This document shows positions 54,741 through 64,000 of a stretch of DNA of 64,000 nt, one piece after another; position 1 is the stretch's first letter; each line of letters opens with the position of its first letter. A model generated the notes under the pieces. It did not search any database, was not told the origin of the DNA, and was given only the letters and a program-made list of their open reading frames with translations. This stretch comes from Octopus vulgaris (taxonomy: Eukaryota): the NCBI GenBank assembly GCA_951406725.2, contig OX597815.1, positions 74,710,001-74,774,000 on the forward strand, read 5' to 3'. Position numbers and translations under genes: made by a program.

Positions 54741-54838
54741 AAGGGATATAATAAATATCCTGGAAACAGCTGTAAGACATTCTATCTATAAATATTCTAA
54801 AATCTGCACAGCCTTGGTTTTTTATCTTATTACGGAAT

Positions 54839-54904
<66 letters not shown>

Positions 54905-55060
54905 ATATAAATATAAGAGAGTGGTCACTATATTGATCACTCTAGCACCAGTTAATCCAAAAGGTTTCAACCACGAAAATACATGTTTCCCATGAAAGCC
55001 AGTACGACTGTTAGCTCACACGGACAGGGCAAATAAAAAATAACAAAAATACAGATTATT

Positions 55061-55136
55061 TTGGGACAATTGTTTCGCTATTAATGAATTAAATGTAATA
55101 TTACTTACAACAATCCATTTGTAGCTCTTCAGCCAA
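55061..55136 (-). ncRNA. Type I hammerhead ribozyme (sense to the host pre-mRNA)
   Basis: Reverse complement of the 55717-55792 motif. Confidence 0.85.
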
Positions 55137-55716
55137 GACTATCTGGATGAAATCCACTCAATCACACGCCAGATTTTACCATAACGATAAATACGCGTGC
55201 GGTTCAATTGATTACATCGGACGTTATAATTCAAATGCCCCAACCAACAGCGCGCCAAACTCACACGGAAACAAATACAGCATTTAGAAATAAATGCAGC
55301 ATAATTATAATTAATTAATAAGGGTGAGAGAATTAGATACTAATTTAATAGTATATTTATTCCACACCAAGTGGCCTAGTGCTACGAGAAACCTGGATTA
55401 TTATAATATTTTATAACATATTATAATATTTTCACAAAATAAATATAAGAGAGTGGTCACTATATTGATCACTCTAGCACCAGTTAATCCAAAAGGTTTC
55501 AACCACGAAAATACATGTTTCCCATGAAAGCCAGTACGACTGTTAGCTCACACGGACAGGGCAAATAAAAAATAACAAAAATACAGATGTGAGTTTGGCG
55601 CGCTGTTGGTTGGGGCATTTGAATTATAACGTCCGATGTAATCAATTGAACCGCACGCGTATTTATCGTTATGGTAAAATCTGGCGTGTGATTGAGTGGA
55701 TTTCATCCAGATAGTC

Positions 55717-55792
55717 TTGGCTGAAGAGCTACAAATGGATTGTTGTAAGTAATATTACATTTAATTCATTAATAGCGAAACAATTGTCCCAA
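55717..55792 (+). ncRNA. Type I hammerhead ribozyme
   Basis: ttgg CTGAAGA gcta[...]tagc GAAAC aatt GTC ccaa; palindromic stem III acaattgt; predicted cleavage after C55788. Confidence 0.85.
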
Positions 55793-56249
55793 AATAATCT
55801 GTATTTTTGTTATTTTTTATTTGCCCTGTCCGTGTGAGCTAACAGTCGTACTGGCTTTCATGGGAAACATGTATTTTCGTGGTTGAAACCTTTTGGATTA
55901 ACTGGTGCTAGAGTGATCAATATAGTGACCACTCTCTTATATTTATTTTGTGAAAATATTATAATATGTTATAAAATATTATAATAATCCAGGTTTCTCG
56001 TAGCACTAGGCCACTTGGTGTGGAATAAATATACTATTAAATTAGTATCTAATTCTCTCACCCTTATTAATTAATTATAATTATGCTGCATTTATTTCTA
56101 AATGCTGTATTTGTTTTCCGTGTGAGTTTGGCGCGCTGTTGGTTGGGGCATTTGAATTATAACGTCCGATGTAATCAATTGAACCGCACGCGTATTTATC
56201 GTTATGGTAAAATCTGGCGTGTGATTGAGTGGATTTCATCCAGATAGTC

Positions 56250-56325
56250 TTGGCTGAAGAGCTACAAATGGATTGTTGTAAGTAATATTACATTTAATTC
56301 ATTAATAGCGAAACAATTGTCCCAA
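56250..56325 (+). ncRNA. Type I hammerhead ribozyme (tandem copy, 533 nt downstream)
   Basis: Identical motif; predicted cleavage after C56321. Confidence 0.85.
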
Positions 56326-56603
56326 AATAATCTGTATTTTTGTTATTTTTTATTTGCCCTGTCCGTGTGAGCTAACAGTCGTACTGGCTTTCATGGGAAA
56401 CATGTATTTTCGTGGTTGAAACCTTTTGGATTAACTGGTGCTAGAGTGATCAATATAGTGACCACTCTCTTATATTTATTTTGTGAAAATATTATAATAT
56501 GTTATAAAATATTATAATAATCCAGGTTTCTCGTAGCACTAGGCCACTTGGTGTGGAATAAATATACTATTAAATTAGTATCTAATTCTCTCACCCTTAT
56601 TAA

Positions 56604-56665
<62 letters not shown>

Positions 56666-56991
56666 TTGGGTAGATGTATGTTTACATATATAGAAAATAG
56701 ATATATATATAAGAACAAAACCACTCTCGGACGGAAAAGAGATGTATGGCTCATCACAGGACTTGAAGCACGCATCTGACTTTCGATTACCCACAATTGG
56801 AAATTTAATTAATTTTTTCAACGCACTCATCTTGCTTTTGATTAAGGGAACATGTATATTTCCATTTTTCATTTTTTTATTAATTTGTAATAAACGTAAG
56901 CACAAATGAGATCTGAAAGAAAATAATGAGTAATTAACACATTAATTAGATATATAAAACTACATTAACATAAACAACTGTCTATTCTTAC

Positions 56992-57184
56992 CGAATCCAA
57001 GAAACGATATTTCTCTCAAACCAACATTTTCTTTTGCTAATCGACCTTCACATTTAGAATACACGCTGTTCACTTGTATTTCCACGTAATTACTCAATAC
57101 ATTAGGCGGTAATTTTAAAATGTCATTGTATACATTGGTGTCTAGGTAATCGGTCATGTTGTTTTTTATCAATTTAAATCTGAC
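56992..57184 (-). CDS. Exon: C-terminal half of an F5/8-type-C/discoidin-like domain
   Basis: ttatttttctcctcag| (phase 0) VRFKLIKNNMTDYLDTNVYNDILKLPPNVLSNYVEIQVNSVYSKCEGRLAKENVGLREISFLGF G|gtaaga. Confidence 0.85.
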
Positions 57185-57740
57185 CTGAGGAGAAAAATAA
57201 GATACATTTAAGAAACACAGGCAATTGTGACAATAGAAATGGGAGAGAAAGTATACAGCACACTAAATATTACATCTTATGTGTCAGTTAATGGACTGTT
57301 GCCAGTCCGTTGGATGGCTTTCTTTTGTATTATGTCCCATAAGTACAACACAAAGAATTTTGTATAAAGTAAGGTTTTATCGGCTGAATACATGTAGATG
57401 TTGCAGATCAGTGAAGGCGACGGAAGGTAAATTTGTTTTCGTCACTATAACATGAATCCAATAAAGCTTATATGTTTTCTTTAAACAAGAGGTATTGATC
57501 ATTTATGAAAATGGCCCTTTGAGGTGTAGAATATACAGAATTTAATCTTCAACAGCTTTATATTTCATGTATACTGGTTACATTATATTGTGTTCTTAGT
57601 TAAATGTAGAGCAATCTTCAGCTGCACAAAGACATAGAATTTAATTAAATTAGAACAGATGGACACATTAGTATAATTAGACCTAAAAATCTCCAAGAAG
57701 TAAGGAGATAGATAAAAACATGTCTCTACTTCAGCATAGA

Positions 57741-57891
<151 letters not shown>

Positions 57892-58459
57892 CACGAGTAT
57901 ACACACACACAATTTACTTTAAGGTATAGATGAATTAATTTTAGTCGTAACCTCCCCACTCTTATAAACACCAAGCTAGATATTTGCTATACGAATGTGT
58001 GTGCACCAAACCACACGTGTACGTATGCTTCCATTTTTGTGGATGCTTGTATGAGCCAGTGTACACGCGCCATGCAGCTTGCGCGAGGGCATTTATACAT
58101 CCATATCTGTTAACGGTTATTTTTAATACTTTTCTTTCTGCATTGCGTGTTTATTTCTTTATGTATGTATCTGTTATTTTATTTTTGACCCTGTAAATAA
58201 CTGAAGATATATCCTTTGTTTTGCTGGCTTTTCTTTCTATGAAATGAGAAGATAAATTGCGGAACTGTTATTTTAACGAGTTATATCTATTTATCACCCG
58301 ATGAGACACATCGGCACCGCCGGATGCTCCTGAATCAGTTGTTAAGTGTCCCACCTGTGAGGGACCGATGCTAGATGTGTTGAAACAATTGTCATGATTA
58401 ATAAAATTTCTTGTATATTCCATCTTCCGTCTTTCATTTACCATATGTGTGTGTGTATG

Positions 58460-58493
<34 letters not shown>

Positions 58494-58611
58494 TGTATGT
58501 ATGTATGTATGTATGTATGTATGTATGTATGTTTGAATGTTTGTATATATGCATATCTAACTGCTGTTTTCGTGTTGCGAATTATAAAAAGAAATAGAAA
58601 AGAAAACCTAC

Positions 58612-58841
58612 TTGTACGTTGTCAGTTTTAACGGTTATATTTTCTATCTGCTCCCAACAGCCACTCCTTTGATACAATGATATTCTAGATATTGAGTAGA
58701 CAGCATCGAAATAGAATTTAATCCAAGCTCCTGGGCCCTCCTCGTCTGTTGTCCATTCTGTTGCTTTATCTGAATCATAACTGGAGTTACATTCTCTGGA
58801 AGGTTTGGGAGCAGTTGATTGTGAACAATTTTTAATTTGAA
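58612..58841 (-). CDS. Exon: N-terminal half of an F5/8-type-C/discoidin-like domain
   Basis: ctttcctttttcttcgaag| (phase 1) xQIKNCSQSTAPKPSRECNSSYDSDKATEWTTDEEGPGAWIKFYFDAVYSISRISLYQRSGCWEQIENITVKTDNVQ|gtaggt; 'D.D..T.W....G..AWI...F....I..I.L.QR' pattern. Confidence 0.8.
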
Positions 58842-59149
58842 CTTCGAAGAAAAAGGAAAGAATAATCCAGATTATTATTGTTAAAAAAATCAAAAGTACT
58901 AGTAATGTAAATTTTTTCATTGACTTAGACCCTCCGCTATATTGCTGGCTTTGTGCCAGAATGTTAAACCAATACATAACTTCACTATATTACATTTTCA
59001 CTCCAGTAAAATTATACTCTACACAAATTTACATAATTATTTCAACTATTACATATTTGCTTCGAATTAGTTATTCTTAAATCTATGTCATTTTCCAGTG
59101 TCATTTTTAAGCATAGTTTTAATTTTGTATTCTTTCCGTCAAGGGACTA

Positions 59150-59510
59150 AGTCGGTTACATTGACTCCAGTACTCAACTGGTACTTATTTTATCGAATCG
59201 GTGGAATTTGAAATCAGAACGTGCAGACGGACGAAATGCTGCTAAGCGTTTCGCCCGCCGTTCAAACTATCCTGTCAGCTCACCGCCCCTCATCTCAAAG
59301 TTTCAAATTTTGGCACAAGGTCAGCAATTCTGAGAAGGAGATAGTCTTTTAAATCGACCCCAATGTTCAATTGGTACCTATTTTATCGACTCTAAAAGGA
59401 TAAGGCAAAGTCGACCTCGGCGGAATTTGAACTCAGAACGTAAAGACAGTCAGAATGCCGCGAAGCAATTTTCCCGGCGTACTAAAGTTTCTGCCGGCAA
59501 GTTGCCTACA
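59150..59510 (-). mobile_element. Two CORE-type SINEs
   Basis: Reverse complements of the SINE head and core seen at 40448. Confidence 0.7.
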
Positions 59511-60149
59511 TCTCACTTAATATTTGTAATCGTCTAGCATAAAAATTATGTAAATCGCGTAAGTCTAAGCTCCTTAGCTTCTGGGAATAAGGTTAGACAA
59601 CTGTCGTGCCGACGAAGGCTACTGAGCCAGAAACATACATCATCTTTCCACTTATTTTCAGATTATAAGCCAGACCTTTTCCTTACTGATGTCAACACTG
59701 GAGAATTCTTCACTGTTTAGATTGTCTTCCCTTTCAAAGTGAAACTGTCCATAATTGCTATTTGATTATTATAAAACATCCTCTTCCGGCGGAGATAATT
59801 TTAATAAATCCAGAATTTATGAGGGATGATATTGGATATATCTGTATTTATCTTTGTAATAAAAAAGTAACATTGTTTAGATCAATTTTGAAAAGACGAA
59901 TCATTATTGGTAAATTCATGGAATACCAACTGGCTTAGGGGGGTCATTATTTCGTGTCTGGAAATCGTACTAAATAACACTCTTTCGGTTCGATGGAGTG
60001 CCTTTCAGTTCTGATCTTAAATTTTCTCATTTGAAACAATGTGTTTGCCTTATTCAGAGTTATATACATCTCGAAGTTGGTCAACACTGTATAATTGAAA
60101 TATAGCCAAGCGAATGACAAAAAATAAATGGTAATAAAAGCTAACTTAC

Positions 60150-60281
60150 TTTTTAAATATTCTTTATCAAATCTATCTCCGTCACATTTGAGATTTCCCA
60201 CGTTGTCAGTTTGGTAATATAGACTTTTACAAGACTCCAACTCCATCGACAGAATAGAATTTTCAAGTTGTGGGCATTTTG
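60150..60281 (-). CDS. 132-nt phase-1/1 Cys-containing exon upstream of the discoidin domain
   Basis: ttttatttttgcag| xKCPQLENSILSMELESCKSLYYQTDNVGNLKCDGDRFDKEYLK A|gtaagt; phase matches the 58841 acceptor. Confidence 0.75.
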
Positions 60282-60408
60282 CTGCAAAAATAAAATATAT
60301 AGGCATGTACCCATGTATACTCTCTCTCTCTCTCTCTCTCTCCATCTCTCTCACACATACACACACACGCACACACACACATACATACATACTTACATAC
60401 ATACAAAC

Positions 60409-60478
<70 letters not shown>

Positions 60479-60479
60479 A

Positions 60480-60781
60480 ACAAGGCTGATTGTCAGGCAA
60501 ATGCATCCACATCATTTGGAAGCAACAATCCTCAGCGGACAAGGAGAAGGAGAAAATGTGTTTATTCCAAGAATTCCACTGATTCCAGCATACATGCTCT
60601 TTAAATTCAAGAGACTGAAAATTCAATAACTGAACATTTTTGGACTTCACCTCATGCAGCGGTGCTTTCCCATGATCAGATCTATATTGGTTGTTCCAGA
60701 GTTGGAAATGGCAACAATCTCTTCATGGTCACACCAAATGGTAGAATCAAGAATATTGTTTATCCTACTGCTTTACAATGA
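60480..60781 (+). mobile_element. Helitron helicase C-terminal fragment
   Basis: GENVFIPRIPLIP...FKFKR and CF.HDQIYIGCSRVG..NNL....NGRIKNIVYPTAL*. Confidence 0.8.
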
Positions 60782-60924
60782 TCTCCAAATGTTACATTGA
60801 TACAAAATTTTCCAAATGCGATACTCTGTGATATAAATCTGAGACGGTAGGATACCAATAAATGCTTTATTATTATTTCGCTGTTCAGTTTTGGGCCTGC
60901 GGCCCAGTTAGCTCTTAGCGGGAG

Positions 60925-61620
60925 TCAGCTTGAAAGTCCGCAAGTCCATCTCTTTTGGAACGTACACTCTGACAGACATCTTTTCTCCAGCCACACCGTC
61001 CTTTTCAGATGAAAAGAAAATAATGATCGTAAATTGTGACCAGAGATAAAGTTGACTGTCTTAATTCCTTTTATCCTAGTCTTCCATACTGACTCTTTCG
61101 CTGTTGCTACAACTGTGAGAAAGCAATTCTTACCTTCGTTCGTTAAAACTACCGGTGGGTCAATTTTTATAATTGACTCAGTCGACAGCTGTACTCTTCC
61201 TTCGCCGGACAACAGGTGTTCAGCATAAGCCCACATTTCAGATATCTCCGGACACTGAACAATAGCATGAGGGACGGTTTCCCTGTCCGCCACCCCTCAT
61301 CTTGGACAGGTCGGCGACCGACGTTTACCGTGTCTTGCGAGCTTATCCCAAGCGGGCAAGGCATCTCTGTAGCATTGCTAGGTGAAGGACATTTGGAAGT
61401 TGTCCAACGTTCCCAACCCGAATGTACGGTGAATCAGGTTGTCCAGTTGAATAAACTCGACCCTAGAGTCGCCCTTGGGCCATCGTCGTATTCAGACTCT
61501 ACCAACCCACTATATAAAATCCGTGTGGAAGGTTGGCGTTGCCCGAGCGCTGATATAGCAAGAGAGCCTTACGGCACTCTTTATGCCATTCACTCGGCTT
61601 CCTGTTCGCAAATACTTTTG
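60925..61620 (-). mobile_element. Tx1-clade LINE 3' fragment
   Basis: LDNFQMS...NALPAWDKL..HG..CPR...ETVPHAIVQC..VWKTR; homologous to 12700-13210. Confidence 0.8.
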
Positions 61621-61810
61621 ACATAAACCAAAACATGAAACGCAAATAATATATATTTTTATAAAACATATAACTAGATCTCAAAAAGTATAAAAATGAA
61701 TGATCAATACTTTTTACCAAAATTGATCATTCGTTTTTATACTTTTTGAGATCTAGTTATATGTTTTATAAATATATATATTATTTGTTTTTTATGCTTT
61801 GGTTTAAGTC
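61620..61810. repeat. AT-rich fold-back hairpin with ~88-bp arms
   Basis: ataaaacatataactagatctcaaaaagtataaaaatgaatgatcaat / attgatcattcgtttttatactttttgagatctagttatatgttttat. Confidence 0.85.
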
Positions 61811-61873
61811 TATCACTGTTTGAGTTGCATAATAGTGTTTATCTTTAATTTATATTTTATATACATACATAAC

Positions 61874-61920
<47 letters not shown>

Positions 61921-61926
<6 letters not shown>

Positions 61927-61967
61927 AGCACTATGACCCGACAACGCCGGGTCATAATGCTAGTGCA
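61921..61967. repeat. Palindromic Helitron/Helentron-like terminus
   Basis: tgtactagcactatgacccg-acaacgc-cgggtcataatgctagtgca; related to the 22201 end motif. Confidence 0.55.
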
Positions 61968-63744
61968 TGCAAATACAGCTGCGTGCGTGCGCACATACAC
62001 GCGAGTACTGTCCAAATCTCCGACCAATCACATACAGCTGGCTGGCATTCAATTGGCGTATCAAGCTCCGGGCATTTTGATTGGGTTTGGGATAGAAAAT
62101 TCACAAAAATGTCACTTCTATTGATTCGAATTTCATCAAAATTGCAGATGAAGGTTATTTCCCTCTTTGCACACCCTAAAAAATTGTAATCATGACACAT
62201 GTATCCCATAATACTGATTTTTATGCGCAGATTCCAAAATTCCGGTCTTATAGAACCTGTTAAAAGGATTTTCTCCTGCAAAATGAAGGTCATGGGGCTC
62301 TAAAATGTGGGTGTTAAGGCCCCTATTGGGGGTGAGTGTCTTAATGTCAACCAGAGAAGTTGAATTGTTGAGAATCTTTTCAACTTGGGTCTTATATCTA
62401 TTGTTTGAATTTCTTTGAAATAGGAAATATATGTATGTTCACTGGGTTTGTAAAAGAGAGCAAAGCTACAGGAAACCAAAAGACGAATGATCACAATAAG
62501 CAGTCAGCTACCGTACCCTAGTCGTTATCACTCCCAATGTAGGATTCCTCACTATACAGGTGACAGGCGCAACCGTAAGATGCATTATGGATCTATAGCA
62601 ATTGGAAGGGCGTCACGCAACTGAAATCGACATTAACAACTGTGTGACGTGAGGGCTAAGGAGAAATGAAAGTGTCACCACTGGAGTTTGCAAATGACCA
62701 CTATACTGATATGTAACTGGACAGAATAAATTTACAATTTATAAATGTCTTTGAATAACCAGTCACTCATCCGGGAAGGTCTTGAAATCAATGTTACCAT
62801 CTGGGGACTATGTGTAACGCAGTTATAATAAAAAGACTGAAGGGATGTCTACAACCAAATAACATTACTCAACACTTTGCAATTGAATCAGTGGAGGCAA
62901 AGATGCCTCTCATTTACTTGACAATTTATGCAGCACATTGCAGAAATCACAATCAAAGTATATCTCAAAGCAAACTCTTACTCTGTTGTACCATTGAATT
63001 GCAAATAATGCTCATTTTTATGCTCGGGCGACCCTACAGCTTCCAAGAGTACAACTGTATTCGTCTTTGCTTAGATAAAATGACTAAATTGTGGGTGTTA
63101 AGTCCCCGTGAAGGGTCTTTCTAACTTGTAAGATGATGAAATTATAATAATTATTACTTCATTCGTATCTAATATCTATGGTTAAAATTTCATCAACAGC
63201 AAAAATATATGAATTGTCATGGGAGTTATGGCCTTTACGCATAGAATATAATTCCCAAATTTCGTAAAGATCCATTCAGTACTTTTGACCTAGTTTTGAA
63301 TCATAAAAGAAATGTCTAAAATTTGGGAGTTAAGGCCCCCATTAGGGGGTCTTAGAATCCTTATGAGAAGTGGAAACTTTGAGAATACTTCTTGATGTGT
63401 GTCAATTACCCATGGTTAAAATTTCATCAACATCGGAAAATTTGAATTTTCATTGGGGTTCTGCCCGCTTGAAGCCATCTGAAATTCAAACCAAACATAT
63501 TGCATTATACTCGCCCTTATGCATTGAATCTAAGTTCCAAATATCATAAGGATCCATTCAGTCATTTTTGTCCATGAAATTGTATGAAACACACAACATT
63601 ACCCTTCTGGCTAGGTTGTGATTTTGTGATCCAAATTTCAATAGGTTCAGTGCAGCAGTTTTCAAATGTATAAGTAACACACAAACACACATAAAGACAT
63701 TAACTTTGATATAATATATATTAATATGCACATATACATACATG

Positions 63745-63841
<97 letters not shown>

Positions 63842-63869
63842 GTGTGTGTGTGTGTAGTATATGTGCGTG

Positions 63870-63906
<37 letters not shown>

Positions 63907-63907
<1 letters not shown>

Positions 63908-64000
63908 GAGGCGCAATGGCCCAGTGGTTAGGGCAGCGGACTCGCCGTCGTAAGATCGCGGTTTCGATTCCCAGACCTGGTGTTGTGTGTGTGTGTTTAT
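63907..64000 (+). mobile_element. tRNA-derived SINE head (runs off the window)
   Basis: gaggcgcaatggcccagtggttagggcagcggactcg...ggtttcgattccc with A- and B-box-like motifs. Confidence 0.75.

Larger units (their letters stand above)
54908..56610. repeat. Tandem plus inverted array of a 533-nt hammerhead-bearing unit between (TA)n tracts
   Basis: ~1.3 units in minus orientation (54908-55587), then ~1.9 units in plus orientation (55588-56610); copies nearly identical. Confidence 0.92.

Overview
AT-rich, microsatellite-dense animal DNA. The repeat content (tRNA/CORE-type SINEs, R4/Dong, Tx1, CR1, RTE and Penelope-like retroelements, Tc1/mariner, Tigger, Helitrons) points by inference to an octopus/cephalopod genome. 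I assembled by hand a minus-strand multi-exon gene (at least 60281 down to 31591; 5' end not found). It encodes a Cys-containing N-terminal segment, an F5/8-type-C/discoidin-like domain, a Ser/Thr-rich stalk built from duplicated symmetric phase-1 exons (four of 72 nt), and a CxCxC-coiled-coil-'SAPDER'-TM C-terminus. A signal-peptide exon at 14690-14639 probably starts a second gene. The most striking unannotated signal is a cluster of type I hammerhead ribozymes. These are a tandem-plus-inverted array of a 533-nt unit with three canonical motifs (55061-56325), a ~360-nt unit with a U3-A8 compensatory-core variant (52237, 54337) interrupted by an ORF1-only retroelement with a 17-bp TSD, and a solitary well-formed motif (22821-22897). 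Several long fold-back inverted repeats are also present. All calls come from manual reading; no database searches were run.
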